Below are positions 23,305 to 36,524 of a stretch of 64,000 nt of DNA, piece after piece. Both the position numbers and the translations under genes were made by a program. The first letter of the stretch is position 1; every line of letters starts with the position of its first letter. The notes beneath the pieces are model-generated. The model did not search any database. It had not been told where the DNA came from and saw only the letters and a list, made by a program, of their open reading frames with translations. Origin of the DNA: Selaginella moellendorffii (taxonomy: Eukaryota; Plantae; Lycopodiophyta); contig NW_003314318.1 in NCBI RefSeq assembly GCF_000143415.4, forward strand, positions 1,165,690 to 1,229,689, given 5' to 3'.

Positions 23305-25072
23305 TCACTTATCAGATCCTGTGAAGAGCTGATTGTAAACTTCATTGATGTCATGCTTGTCTATGACTGCCTCGGGTTGCGAGAGTGGCTGCTGGTACCA
23401 TTCGTTATCTCTCCTTGTCACAAAATATGCTTCTGTGGATCAAAGATCAAAGCAAAAGTGACGATCCACACCTCGAGAACTCAGCACACTTGCCTGAAAC
23501 AAACGTATCACTATGTTGCTCATCATCGTATATAAATTCTGGCGGCTCGGGGTCTCCCACGCCAACCAGAGTGCTACCACTGAAAAAACAAAGTGTGTTG
23601 TTCGTTGAAAGGCAAGAAAAATATGATTTTTTTTCCTTACCTTCCTGACATGAACAAGGACTTGTATTTGCCCCTGCTGGCTGCCATTATCCGCTGCTTG
23701 AGAGCCTTCAGAGATGGTAGCACTTGAAATGCTGGAGCTTCTACTCAAAGAGAAACAAAAGATGTGAGCGAGCTCAGCTAGCTTCCGAATTTTCCATACC
23801 AAGGTCGTTGATGCAAACGTCTTGCGAGACTCCATTCTCAATGATCTTTCTCAGTAGCTCCTCCGGATCCTCAGAGCTCGCGTCGGCAATTCGAAAGTGC
23901 TGGCAAAGCGAAAAAGTTTGTAAACACCATCTCAAGAGAGAAATCCTTGATCGCACCTTGTAGACTTCCGCAGTAGGACACGCTTCCTTGGGCTTGATGA
24001 GCACGAGTGGAGTGTCCAAAGGCAACGGAGCTGGAATGTCTCGAACAATCTAAGGAAAACGCTAAAACTTTTCAGCAAAAATCTCATCAAACTTCTATGA
24101 AACTTTGTGATTTTACCTCTCCACGGCCAGTGCAAAAGGCTGCTCCATGCGAGAAAAAGAAAGGAATATCAGAGCCGATCTCCGCAGACCATTCTTGTAG
24201 ATCCGCTTCGCTAGCAAGGTTTCCATTTATCTGGTTTGCGGCCCAGAGAGCAGTGGCGGCATTACCACTGCCACCTCCAAGGCCAGCACCGCTTGGAACT
24301 CTTTTGTCCAAGTGAACCTTAAGAAGAAAAACTAAATGCTTTGATCGAGGAAAGTTTATTGAGAGCTTACCCAGAAGTATGTGTCGCTCCCGGTCTTCTT
24401 TCTATAAAGATTTAGAGCTTTGATCACCTTGCAAGAGAATCACACAAAACATTTAGTAAATCCTCGGAAGCAAATGAAGGGATAGTTTTACCAAGTTTGA
24501 GTCGTCGAGTGGGATTCCAAACACATTTGTTGTAAGCGAGTCTTTCTTTTTAGAAGGAGAAACTGAAAACTTTAAAGTATCTCCCAGGCTAATCACCTGA
24601 GTGAAGAGTTTCTTGAGAAACTAGAACAAGAGAAAAAAGACCAGAAGCTTACATGAAAGAGTGATGCTAAATCGTGGTAGCCATCAGGTCTCTTGCTCGT
24701 GATTCTCAAGAAAACATTGATCTGGTTATAAAATTCTTTAGCTCTATCCAGGAGGAAAACTTGGGGAAAACTATACATACCTTGGATGGCGAAAACAATG
24801 TAAGATTTCGAGCAAAACCACCCGAGGTTTGCAGCTCCCTGGTGAGCTCTTCATACCTCCCGACCGGATCATAGACAATCTAAAACTCCCAAAACTCTAC
24901 ATCTCAGAGAACTCTATCTCTATCTCAAGAACTTTACCTCGAGGTTTTTGGAGCTCGACGACGCCATAGCTCTCAAGCAGCTTTTTCTCCTGCATTTAGG
25001 TCCTCGAAACGAAGCAAAACTGCCCATCAAATTGCTCGCTGGATCGGCGAAATGGAGCGATGGACTCGCCAT
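23305..25072 (-). CDS. ISPE: 4-diphosphocytidyl-2-C-methyl-D-erythritol kinase (plastid MEP pathway), multi-exon
   Basis: INVFLRITSKRPDGYHDLASLF; GHMP motif PSGAGLGGGSGNAA; IGSDIPFFF; FMSGSGST; transit-peptide-like N-terminus. Confidence 0.92.
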
Positions 25073-25263
25073 GGATTCTCTCTCCAATTTCCAGCTCGAT
25101 TTTTATCTAGGAGCCGCGATGGGCACGATGAGGAAGAAATAAGACGAAGGAGAAAAAAGATACCTCCCCATTCTTCGTCTTAGCAGCACCCAATTGACCA
25201 AAGATTCCCTTGCGATTGGTTGTTAACGTGAAACGCTAAACTTTATTAACTTTATTAACCTGA

Positions 25264-25742
25264 TCAAAAGTTACATCGTTCAACAACTGCAGCTGTATTT
25301 TCATATTTCAACCACGAATTAACTTTGAAATGGATTTTACCAAAGCCACCATTCATCGAAGCAAACTCAACCCATTCTACATACCACTCTGGGTTTTTTC
25401 CGGTATTATCATGGGCAATGTAAAGCCTACATATTGCATCCTCCTTTGGTATACATACTCCAAGCACAGTAAATAAATCTAGCTTGCACCTCTCAAAATT
25501 ATCCACATGCGGGTCATCAACATTGTAAAAATGTAGAGTCAAGCCTGAAAACGTTGTGATAGCAATATTTACATTGGCATCAGTCCCAGCCATTGGTTCA
25601 CAGCCTGTTTGTATTGTTATTGTATAGGTACACTAAAGTTGTAAATTTTTGCATTAGCATTTGTAAACAATAGTCACTAGGTTACCTGAGCATTTGCAAA
25701 ATGAACAATGGAGAAAAATATTATCATTATTATTAGAAACAT
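25264..25742 (-). CDS. Secreted PLAT/LH2-domain protein, 2 exons
   Basis: Signal exon MFLIIMIIFFSIVHFANAQ, then CTYTITIQTG..AGTDANV..FERCKLDLF..HDNTGKNPEWYVEWV..F.VNSWL. Confidence 0.8.
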
Positions 25743-26021
25743 GGTTGAATGAATGAATAATGGTATTCATCAGCTTAAATAGTGTATACTAATCAATTAT
25801 TAAACCTTATGATTGACAAACAAAATACAAAAGTTTAGCCTGTCATTTCTCTGATTATCTAATAAATGCTATGTAGAATTCTTGTCACTTAGATCATTTT
25901 CTCCAAATTTTTTTGTAAAAACCAACCAAAACCCAGGTTTTATTCACACTTTTCTTGTTTCTCTTCTCCATGCTTGCCTTCTCATCACTCCAGTGACCTT
26001 CTCACGATTCTCTTCTCATTC

Positions 26022-28234
26022 TCACACTGGAGAATCGTTCCGTGTGATTTGTAGCAGCAGCTTCACTCCAGAGAGCTCGTCGCCCCGCTTGTCGCACAGG
26101 GTGACGTGCCTCAGGCCGGTCTTGAGCTCCGAAACCGGGAGACAAAGCTGGCCCCCGAAATCGTCCTTGTCGGACATGTCATACTCGTGGACTTCGAGAC
26201 GCAGCACAGCCAGCTCCGGGAATGTGAGCTTGAACTCGAATTCTTCGTCCCACTTTGGATGCCAGTCGTCTTCGATCGCTTTGGTTCGTCGCATCTTCTG
26301 GTCTGCAGGGACGCCAGCGATTCCAACCTGAGAAAACAAACAAATGGTTGCTGAAAGCTTTGATTCTCGCACGGGGGACTTACTCTTGCATAGAAATCCG
26401 GAGGGGAGAAGTTGTCGAAGTGTCGCTTGCCGAATTTTTCAAGCCAGCCAAGCCCCATGAAGATCTTGATCTTGAGCCTCGTTCTGACGCTTGCCGCTTT
26501 GGCAGGATCGTAAACCGGGCCTCCTGATTCATTTGGAAGAAACATATCTGGCTTTTTCACGTATCCACAGCGACCATTTGCTTTAAAGAATCCATGCACG
26601 ATCCACAGAGGTCTACCATACCCCTGGCCATAAAAAATGGAAGGAATTAAAGAAGAACACCTTAAGAAGGACTAGGAGCCTACCTGCATGTTGAATGCCA
26701 CCATTTGAGCTCCGTGCGACCACGCGACGAAAGGATTATAGTTTGAAGAGTTAAAGCGAAGGCCATACGGATACACTCGTAAGAAGTTCCGGCTGGTAAA
26801 GCTGCACACCACATTCGGAATATAAGATCTAGTCTTGAACGATAAAACGCTTACTTGATCACAGTGAGGGGGTGGTTCTTGCAAATTTTTTCCAGTTGAG
26901 GCTCGCTCACGCTAAAGCGTTTCACTATGTCTTCCTTTGCCGCCATAGCTTCTTTCATTGGTACTCCTTTTGGCTTTCCGGCACGGATTGTGATGATCCG
27001 TTTGTACTCGGGGGCCGTTTTCTTGCCTATAGAGTCATCGTCGTCTGAATCGTTTGTATCTGCATCGGGTGCCGCGGGTGGAGAAGCCTGCTTCAAGCTT
27101 TTACTTATGGAACTTAAACTTTACTAGATAAAAAACTAACCTTTTCAGCACCTTCCTCGACTTGTTCATTGTAATCTGGGATGTCCTCTCCCCAGGCCCC
27201 ATCCTTCGGATGAATAACATCTTTTGGTGGCTCTACCGCTGCCAGATACTCTTTGGGAGGTTTGGTGGAAATTAAAATGCGCTTTTTGAGCGACGCAGGC
27301 GATGGAAATTCAATGCAAGTCGTCTGTGCATCGGGAAGATAAAGCAGGTCTCCTAAGTTTCGCGTGATTATCTGAAGGCAATCAGTTTACGGCCAGCACA
27401 AAAAGTATGTTCTAGGATCTTACCTCTGCAACTTTGGCTTGGAGTGCAGGAGTTAAATGATCTTCCAAAGTTATAACCAAGGGGAATTCTGATGCTTCAA
27501 ACGCGTGCTCTTTAATTGCGACTATGCATTTCTCGAAATCCACTGGTGTCGTAAGTGTCCTGTTTTCACCAAAGTTTAGCTCGGCAAAAAGAAACCAAGA
27601 AACAAACAATGACAACCACGAACAAAGAACGAAGAACGTACCGCCCATGAAGAACATTGACCTTGTCCTCCGCATCTTCATTCGGCCAAAGATCCAACTC
27701 AATGACACGTACTCCTTTCTGAAGTGCCTTGATAATTGGCACCTCGCTACAAGCACTGCTCAGCTGGTTCCCAGTCAGGTAAGAATTGTGTCCAGTACAA
27801 ATGTAGTAATGTGACATTGGCTTGGTCATGTCATGGTGGACCTGCAAAGCAGAAAGACTTGGTAACATCAGAGGCAAATAGTTGAAATGGACACTTACGC
27901 TGAGGTTGATCGGAGGATTGAGTTGAGGATTGAGAAGATATTGTAGAAACGTGTTGAGGTTGAAGCCTTGCCGATGCAAGACATGGATGACATGACTTTC
28001 ACGATGCTGGGCAGCTATAATTTCCTCGGCCTGTTTGAGAGTCGCGTCTTTCTCGCCCTGGACTTCTACCAAGAACTGTTGCAACTGTGCAGCCCCAATG
28101 ATGCCATTCTGCGCGTACTTGACAAAAATATCCTCGACATCCTTTGGGGCTGACAGGGATGTCATCCTGAAGCTCCTACCGATGCATCCGCATAGCTTGT
28201 ATTTGTGCTTCTCCGGCTTCTCGGTGGCACTCAT
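26022..28234 (-). CDS. PLC: Phosphoinositide-specific phospholipase C, multi-exon
   Basis: X box ([30 protein letters not shown]), Y box ([22 protein letters not shown]), C2 domain ([23 protein letters not shown]). Confidence 0.92.
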
Positions 28235-28557
28235 CTTCCCCTTCTCATTCTGCACAAAGAAAAACCAAGAGGAAGAGTTAAGATCTCGGCTCTCAGCAAG
28301 CGCAAAGGTACCGATTTGGAGCACAAAAACTTGCACATCTTACTTACAATTTGAGAGGAGGAACAGGCCGCCGGCTTCGCTCTGTGACTCCGATAGATGC
28401 GCGTTATCGTAAAAGTAAGCTCAAGGAGAAGGATATTCCTATCCGATATTGACGTCTCACGCGTGGCGACACGGGACGCAAACTAAACAGTATAGTGACG
28501 CGGTCGGTCCAGCGAATGTGTGAGTCTGTTTTACTGCACGACAACCAAAAAACGAAC

Positions 28558-30754
28558 CTAGAAGTCGTCATCGTCGACTCGGCTTTCTTGGAGCTCCGGG
28601 AACTCCCAAGCGTCCTCAAGCGACATGTTCGTCACAGTGGTGGGGGAAGTCTTCGAGCACGCTCTTCCCAAAAAATCGTCTGCAAAGTTACTCCCCAGCT
28701 CGGAAAATGTCCAGGCGTCGTCAACTGAGAATTCCCCTGCGACAAAGAACATTTCTATTTCAAGAACCAGGGAAGAGAAAAAACAACCATTACCAATCTT
28801 GTCCCGGCGCAACGCGACGAGATGTGCACAACTGAAGCAAGAGAAATCTCAACACGTGAACCTTGTGACATGAAGTAGAAACTTACGTGTTGAGAGCACG
28901 GCCAAGATCATAACATAAACTGCGGACATACGTTCCTTTGGAGCAGGCGACTTTGAAATGGAAATTTTGCCTGCAACACGAATTTACACTGCTCAATCAT
29001 CAGCCAAGCCTACCTGTCAATAGAATCGCGTTCGACTTGTAGCTCTTCAATGCTGATTAGTCTGGGAGGAATTTGAAATGTCTCTCCTCGACGTGCTTTC
29101 TCGTAGAGCCTTTCTCCTTCAACCTGAATATACAAAGCGGTATGCTTTAGATAAGTGGAGTGGTGGGTGCGTCCGTTTACCTTAAGAGCGGAATACAGAG
29201 GTGGGACTTGCCTTATTGTGCCCACGAACTCTTCTTTAACTATCTGCATGTCCTCGTCAGTTACGTGCTCCCATGGCATCCTCTCAGAAACCTGCCGGAC
29301 CGAGCTAAGTACAACGAGAAGAAAACGCAAGAGAAAAAGAAAAAATGACCAATGTGTCTGCATCATAAGATGGTGTTGCCTCTCCAAGACGCAGCGTTCC
29401 GGAATAAAACTTTTTCATCGCCTGGTAGCTGAGAAAACAACTGGCTAGTAAGAAGGGCTTTGAAAACACGAAGAGATGCACACCTATCTGTGAATTTAGT
29501 TGCTTTCCCAACGCAAACTATAAGCAGGCCAGTCGCCATAGGATCAAGTGTCCCAGCATGACCAACCTGTAAAAAACGAAGTGTTACACGGAAGAAGAAA
29601 AAGATTGACTCCGTGGACCTTTTTAATTTTGAGAAGCTTACGGAGCTTGGCACACACGGAAAATGATGTCCAGCCTGAAAAACACAAAGAAACACGGCAG
29701 AGTGATTGATCCAGGTAGAAAAGCGCATACCATGAGGCTTGTCTATCAACACTACAGTTCCAAGAGGCCCGTCCCATTCTTCCGGCAACTTCACGGTTCG
29801 AGTTATCACAGGTGGTCTTGGAGTTAAAGTATCGGCTGCTTTCCTCTTTGGCGTCTCATCAGAAACAGCCTCGGCGTAAGTGTCAGGAGAACTCGCCTCG
29901 GGCTCCCAATCATCTGGAGAAATCTCAATGGAACCGGAAGCTGGACGAGTTGGAGAAGTCTCTTCGACGTTCTCAACAGACGCATCAGCCGCATAAGCTT
30001 CGAAAGACGAGCTTTGAGCAGAAGATGGCCTTGCGGAAAGTTTCTTGTCCTTGTTGGATTTCCCAGCTTTCGCTTTGGGCTCCTTGTCGAGCGGTGGAAC
30101 CAAAGCATCGATGTGATCCTCTGGGAAATACTTCCTTTCCAACTTATCCACGAAGCGCTCAAACGCTCCCTTCTCCCACGGAAATGCCAAGAGGTTGTAG
30201 AAGTAGAGCGCATGCTGCTTGGCAAACTCACTCTCATACGTGCATAGCTCGGGATGCCACCCTTTGTCCGACTCCTTCTCTTCGAGCTTCTTGGAAAAAT
30301 ACCTCCTCTTCCTTTCTCGCTTGGGAAAAGTCATGTTTGGAACCCGGAGATAGTCGAAGGGACGATTGATACGTCTGGTTCCTCTCAGCAACAAACCACC
30401 ACCGGGAATTCTTCTCCCTGATCCATCTATAATCCCTGCGCCTAGAAATCCCGTCCTGGACCCTGGCAAGTCGCTGAAAACCCCCGCATTCCTTCTCCAT
30501 CGAAGGAGCTGCTTTTCTGGAGCTAGCATCTTCCACATTTCCTCCAAGATCGTCGGCAGTGGCCTCACCTCTCGCATGATGTTCTCGAACAGCGCCAAAG
30601 GATTTCTACCGCCCTCATGCATTGCTCTTGAAGAAGAAGGCGTTGCTGCTGCGATCGAAGCTCTTACCCGCATTGCGGAGCTCCTGGCCGATCGATCGAA
30701 GAATGTGCACGACGAGACGGTGAGCCTCGCCGACGATGGCGCGCTCGTCGCCAT
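28558..30754 (-). CDS. tRNA pseudouridine-55 synthase TruB family, probably organellar
   Basis: [48 protein letters not shown]. Confidence 0.88.
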
Positions 30755-30800
30755 GGCAGCTCTCACCGCCTTCCAAGAACCCTAAGTTTGGGGTTTATGG

Positions 30801-33188
30801 ATGCGTATGAGCAAATGCCCCGGCGACGCGATTGCGCTCCACGAATTCGCCCCGCGGCTCCGGCAATGTGGGATCGTCCGGGCGCTGGAGGAGGGCAGGC
30901 GATTGCACGCGCAGCTGATCGACACCGGTCTCGACACTGGCACGTTCCTTGGCAATTTGCTCGTCCAGATGTATGGCAAATGTGGCAGTGTGGAGGACGC
31001 GCGATCGGCCTTCGCGAGGATCAAGCATCCCAATCTCTACACCGGCAACATCATGATCGCAGCGCTCGTCCACGGCGGAAGAACACCAGAGGCGAGGGAG
31101 ATCTTCAATGCTGCGCCGCGGAGGAATCTCGTGTCGTGGAACTCGATGATCGCGGCGTATGCCCGGACTGGGCAGCTGCTCGAGGCCAGGGAGATGTTTG
31201 ATCGATTGCCACAGCAGGACGTGGTCTCTTGCAATCTCGTGATGCACGGGTACATCCAGGAGAGCCGGATCGACAAGGCGAGCGAGATCTTCGCGGCGAT
31301 CGAGGAGCCGGACTCGATCAGCTGCCATACAATGCTCGTTGCGCACGCACAGATCGGCCGGATCGATGAAGCCAAGGCGATGTTTGATCGCGTTCCACAA
31401 AACGATGTTCTAAGCTGGAACGCGATGATCCAAGCATTTGCCCAGTGTGGGCATTTTGGTCGAGCGAAGAGCTTGTTCGATCGAATGCCGGAGAGGAATG
31501 TGGTGGCCTGGACTTCGATCATGGTAGCTTACGCCAAGATCAAAAATTTCACTTGCGTGATCGCACTCTTCAGTGCGATGCCCGAGCGTGACTACATTGC
31601 GTGGACGGTTTTCTTGACAGCATTTGCCGCGGATGGGGATGTTGCGCGGGGCCGCGCGGTGCTCGATCGAATGCCCCATCACGGCATCGTGGCGTGGAAC
31701 TCGCTGATCCAGGGCGCGGTCCAATCGGAGGACCGCGCGCTCACGATGGCTCTGCTCGATCAGATCCCCGAGCGAGACATCGCGACCCACAACCTGATGA
31801 TTCAGGCGTCCTGGAGCTCGCCCGGACAAGCCTCGCGGATCTTCTCGCGAATGCCAGCGCACAACGTGGTATCCTGGACGACGCTGCTCGCGGCCTTCTC
31901 CCAGTCCGGCCAGATCGATCGCGCCAGGGAGGTCTTCACCGCCATGCCCGATCGAAGCCCGGTGTCGTGGACCACGATGATCAACGCGCTCGCGCACAAC
32001 GGACTGTGGAAGAGATCCATCGCCCTCTTCGCGGAGATGGATCTCGATGGCGCGCGCCCCGATCGGCTGTGCTTCTCGGCGGCGCTGGACTCATGCTCGA
32101 GCGGCGCGGCGCTGCGCGAGGGGCGGCTCCTCCACGCCGAGGCGGTGGCGGCGGGGCTGGAAGATGAGCTCCTCGTTGCCACCGCGCTGATCAACATGTA
32201 TGGCAAGTGTGGGCGATCGATCCAGGCCCGGGAGCTCTTCGATCGGATCAATCGCAAGGACGTGGTGCTCTGGACAGCGATGTTTGGAGCATACGCTCAC
32301 TCGGGCGACGCCATAGCCGTGATCAATCTCTTCCCATCGCTGGAGCTCGAGGGGAGCTGTGCCTCGGACGCGATCGCTCTCCTGGCTGTGCTGTCAGCTT
32401 GCATCCACGCCGGCCGCCTCCACGACGCGCGGCGCTACTTCCTCTCGATGATCCCCGACTATGGCGTCGCGCCATTCGTGGACCACTTCGTGTGCATGGT
32501 CGATCTCCTCGGCCGCGGCGGCCAGATCGAGCTCGCCGACGACCTCGTCCGATCGATGCCCTTCCAGGCCGACTGCGTGGCGTGGACGATCCTCCTCGGC
32601 GCTTGCCGGATCCACCGCGACGTGGCTCGCGGCGAGGCGGCGGCGGAGAAGATCCTGGAGCTGGAGCCCGGGAACGCAGGAGCTTTCGTCCAGCTGCTCA
32701 ATCTCTACGAGGCAGCGGGGATGCGATCCAGGGCTGCCAGGATCAAGAGGGCGATGGAGGAGCGCGGGATCAAGCGGCTCCCCGGGCGGAGCTCCATCCA
32801 GATCCACGACACAGTGCACGAATTCACGGTGGGCGACACGGACCACCCGAGAAGAGAGGAGATCTACGCGGAGCTCCGGAGGATTGGGGTGGCGATCCGG
32901 GAGGCCGGGTACCAGCCCGACCGGAAATCCATCCTCCACGACGTGGAAGAAGAGGAGAAAGAGGAGATGCTGTGCTACCACAGCGAGAAGCTGGCGATCG
33001 CGCTTGGGTTGATCGCGTCGCCACCTTTGTCGACAATCAATGTGGTGAAGAACTTGAGGGTGTGCCAGGATTGTCACACGGCTACCAAGTTCATCTCCAA
33101 GGTTGCGGGGAGAAGAATCGTGGTGAGAGACACGGTGAGGTTTCATCACTTTGAGGGTGGCGCGTGTTCTTGCGGTGATTACTGGTAG
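30801..33188 (+). CDS. PLS-class PPR protein with E/DYW domain (organellar C-to-U editing factor), intronless
   Basis: Tandem repeats (NLVSWNSMI, MYGKCG), PG box, HSEKLA, CQDCH, C-terminal CSCGDYW. Confidence 0.95.
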   Translation: MRMSKCPGDAIALHEFAPRLRQCGIVRALEEGRRLHAQLIDTGLDTGTFLGNLLVQMYGKCGSVEDARSAFARIKHPNLYTGNIMIAALVHGGRTPEAREIFNAAPRRNLVSWNSMIAAYARTGQLLEAREMFDRLPQQDVVSCNLVMHGYIQESRIDKASEIFAAIEEPDSISCHTMLVAHAQIGRIDEAKAMFDRVPQNDVLSWNAMIQAFAQCGHFGRAKSLFDRMPERNVVAWTSIMVAYAKIKNFTCVIALFSAMPERDYIAWTVFLTAFAADGDVARGRAVLDRMPHHGIVAWNSLIQGAVQSEDRALTMALLDQIPERDIATHNLMIQASWSSPGQASRIFSRMPAHNVVSWTTLLAAFSQSGQIDRAREVFTAMPDRSPVSWTTMINALAHNGLWKRSIALFAEMDLDGARPDRLCFSAALDSCSSGAALREGRLLHAEAVAAGLEDELLVATALINMYGKCGRSIQARELFDRINRKDVVLWTAMFGAYAHSGDAIAVINLFPSLELEGSCASDAIALLAVLSACIHAGRLHDARRYFLSMIPDYGVAPFVDHFVCMVDLLGRGGQIELADDLVRSMPFQADCVAWTILLGACRIHRDVARGEAAAEKILELEPGNAGAFVQLLNLYEAAGMRSRAARIKRAMEERGIKRLPGRSSIQIHDTVHEFTVGDTDHPRREEIYAELRRIGVAIREAGYQPDRKSILHDVEEEEKEEMLCYHSEKLAIALGLIASPPLSTINVVKNLRVCQDCHTATKFISKVAGRRIVVRDTVRFHHFEGGACSCGDYW

Positions 33189-34883
33189 AATTGGAACACC
33201 ATGAATCATAGTCCAATCGCACAGTCCCCATTTGCTCGAGAAAACTTGTCGAATCCAGCTTTTGATTGAGGCCAACTCGAAAGCATTCCTCACAGGATTC
33301 TCTAGCTTCACTTCGTCTTGTCATGACGATGTGAGGTAGAAAGATTGTTATGTTCTTATTAACCCATGGCTCCACCATGCTCAATGTGGCTCTCAATTCT
33401 TATTTGGATCGGCTTACGAATGTATCACTGTGATCATGGGAGTAGAAACCGTTTCCTTGCTTGTGGTGATCCTCAGAAAAAGCAGCCGAATGGTTCCAGG
33501 GGGATAGATCTTCCATGCTCCAGCAGTTACCCAGAAGCGGCATCTTGGTTAGGTCATCACTTTTGCCCTCTATTCCAAAGATCAATTGCATTTGCATGAA
33601 TCTGTAGTTGATCGACAGCTGCTGCTCCATGTCCAGATTTCCTAGCTTGTCATCCTCACCTGCAGATCTCCAAGGCTCGTGCTCAGCCTCGTCAATCATG
33701 AGCGCCCGGGTGATCAGCCTGGTTGAGAATCCATGGCACATTTTGCTTGTGCTTGTGATAATCTATAAGCTGAAAACTCATTCCACCATTTTGGTAATTG
33801 CTAGAAAGAGAGGAGGGATTGGAATTGGCCACCATAGCCGGCAAGGCAAGGGAAGCAAAAGATCATTGAGAAAATTATATAGAAACTAGAGAGGAGAGCA
33901 TCTCAAGCTCCTTCTCAGCAGCATCTGTCTCCTAAATTTAGAAATGCTCTAAGGCTTCTATTATAGTTTTGCAACAGGTGGATAATTCCTGAGCTCTCGT
34001 ATGTGGAACACTCTCCTTGAACAAAACTCCAATAATTTCCTGATGCCATGGTGAAGATGAGCCTCCTCATTGAAGTCAAGACTAGGAGCCAAAGAACTAC
34101 TAGATGATCAACTAAAAAGTTACTTGTAATGTAATCCTCCTCCTATGTAGTGGACTCTTGTTTTCTAAGATTTGTGAAAAAAAATCAATTGCAGACATGT
34201 AAAGGTCATGAGAAATAACAAGCAAGTTAAAATTTTGGCCTTTTCTTGATCATGGTCAGAAGTCCAAATCTCAGTCACAGAGGTGGCCATAATGCCCATT
34301 AGATTCTAGGGAATATCTTTCAAGTATTTATGGGGAATATTCGATTTCACGTGTAGAATATGCGTTTTCACCCGAAGAATATTCTATTCCACCGGAGAAT
34401 ATCCGAGTTCACACGTAGAATATTCTTTCTGAACCAACGTGTCCTATTTTCACACACTTTTTCACGCAGCACCGGTTTACGAATAACACGCCATAATGTC
34501 CACAACTCCGCACGAAATAACTGTTGTTCTTGCCGCTATAGGAGGCAAATAAAGAAAGATGAAGTGCCAGAATCCACAAGCTCAAAAGAACAACGGAAGA
34601 GGACAATATATATCAGCCACTAAACCACTGGGCCAATCAAGTGGATGTCTATCTCTGGGTCCTCTTGACGACCCGAGCTTTGTCATGGACGTAAATACCA
34701 ACTGCTAGGGACGGCCGCTAGGCATAGAACATTGGTCGCTAGGCCAACAATTCCGTAAATAGAGGAAATGATTCATTTAATTCAGAAAATTTCTGTGATT
34801 ATAAAATCCACGGACCTTCCGCTGATCGTATATTTAGATAGATATTCAGGAAGGTAGCATACAAATCTCAAGTCTTGGCAAAC

Positions 34884-36458
34884 ATGCCTTGGATCACAGT
34901 GGTAGCATCGTTGTTTATCCCAGCGCTGTGGATCTGGAGGTATTTCTCACGGGAACGCTATGATCCACCGCTGCCTCCCGGAAGCATGGGACTCCCACTC
35001 GTGGGCGAGACGCTCCACATCCTGTACGCCATGAAAACGAGCACGCTGTGGGAGTTTTACGGAGCTCGAGAGAAGAAATATGGCCCGATTTACAAGACAC
35101 ACATCTTTGGCCGCCCCACGATCGTCGTGAACCCTCCTCTGGGTTTCAAGCTTTTGTTTTCCAACCATGGCAAGCTCGTCGAGAGCTCCTGGCCGCAGCC
35201 CATGAGGACGCTCTTGGGCGACAAATGCTTGTTCTTCATGGAGGGCCAGAAAGCCAAGAGCTTTCGCCACATTCTCCTGGCGTTCCTCGGCCCGGATGCC
35301 ATACGGCGGTATGTGGAGAGGGCGAGCGTGATCATCCAAGAACACATTGACAAGCTTTGGATGGCTGGATCCGAGGTGAAGGCTTACTCCCTCCTGAAGA
35401 AGGCCTTGTTCTCGCTCGTCTTTAGCTTGTTCTTGAGCATCTCGAACGAGGAGGAGGAGAGGGAGCTCCTGGCTCCTTTCCAGGATTTCCTGCAAGGATT
35501 GCTTGAGCTGCCGATCGACTTGCCAGGGACAATGTTTCGTCGCGCAAAGGTTGGACGGGCGAAGATCTTTAAGAAGCTGGACGAGTACATAGCCAAGAGA
35601 GAGATCGAGCTAGAAACTGGCAACGCATGGCCTCAACAGGATTTTCTCAGTGTTCTCTTGACAACCAAGGGAGAGGATGGACAGCCCATGACCAAGGAAG
35701 AGATCAAACAAAACATTCTCATGTTGGTCATGTCAGCCCACGATACCACCGTAAGCTCCTTGGTAAGTTCCATGAAATGCATTGGAGAGAATCCATGGTG
35801 CTACGATCGACTTAGAGAAGGTAATGGCGTTGTTCTTGAGAGCTTTCCAGATCTAACTCTTGCTCGATTGTAGAACACGTCTCCATTGCACTTGCCAAAT
35901 CTCCAAACGAGCCACTCACTCACAACGATTTGCAAAAGATGGACTACACTTGGAAGATCGTCCAGGAAGCCATGCGCTTGGCTCCTCCCGCAGCTGGAAA
36001 CCTCCGAAGGGCGACCACTGAATTTACCATGGATGGATTCACGGTTCCAAAGGACTGGCAAGTAAGTTCACAATCAACGTTTCTATGCACTCCATTCTAA
36101 ACTATGTCTCTGTTGTTTTTCGCTTCCACATCTCTGTTGTTCTTCGCTTCCACAGCTCAACTGGACTGTCTTTCGCAGCCACAAGAAGGAAAAATTCTTT
36201 GAGGAGCCAGAAAGGTTTAAGCCAGATCGTTTCGATCGCCCATTTCTTCCAAACACTTATGTCCCATTTGGTGGAGGCCCTCGCATTTGTCCCGGATACG
36301 AGCTCGCCAAGATGCAAGACCGCATTTTTCTACATCACCTTGTCACAAGGTTTAAGTGGATGCTGTTGGATCCAAACGAGGCCATCCACATGACCCCACT
36401 TGCTCTTCCCGTCAATGGCCTTGACATAAAACTCATAGCCAATCCTGTTAAAATCTGA
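34884..36458 (+). pseudogene. CYP85-clan (CYP716-like) P450, type A copy 1; 1-nt frameshift in exon 3
   Basis: Near-identical to 40680-42231, but has aagaaggaaaattc (~36183-36196) where the intact copy has aagaaaaaagagttc, which puts the heme motif out of frame. Confidence 0.75.
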
Positions 36459-36524
36459 TTTTAGTTCCAATTTCGAGCAATGGTGAATAACAAAAATAAT
36501 TTGCATATAAACACCCAATCAAGG

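Noticed and set aside
30782-33396. Long overlapping and antisense ORFs over the PPR gene (similarly over the OVATE gene)
   Set aside because: Shadow ORFs expected in high-GC coding DNA.
34409-34606. Signal-peptide-like ORF with a few cysteines (defensin-like?)
   Set aside because: No clear ATG start, incomplete cysteine pattern, and it ends in short degenerate repeats (~34310-34430).
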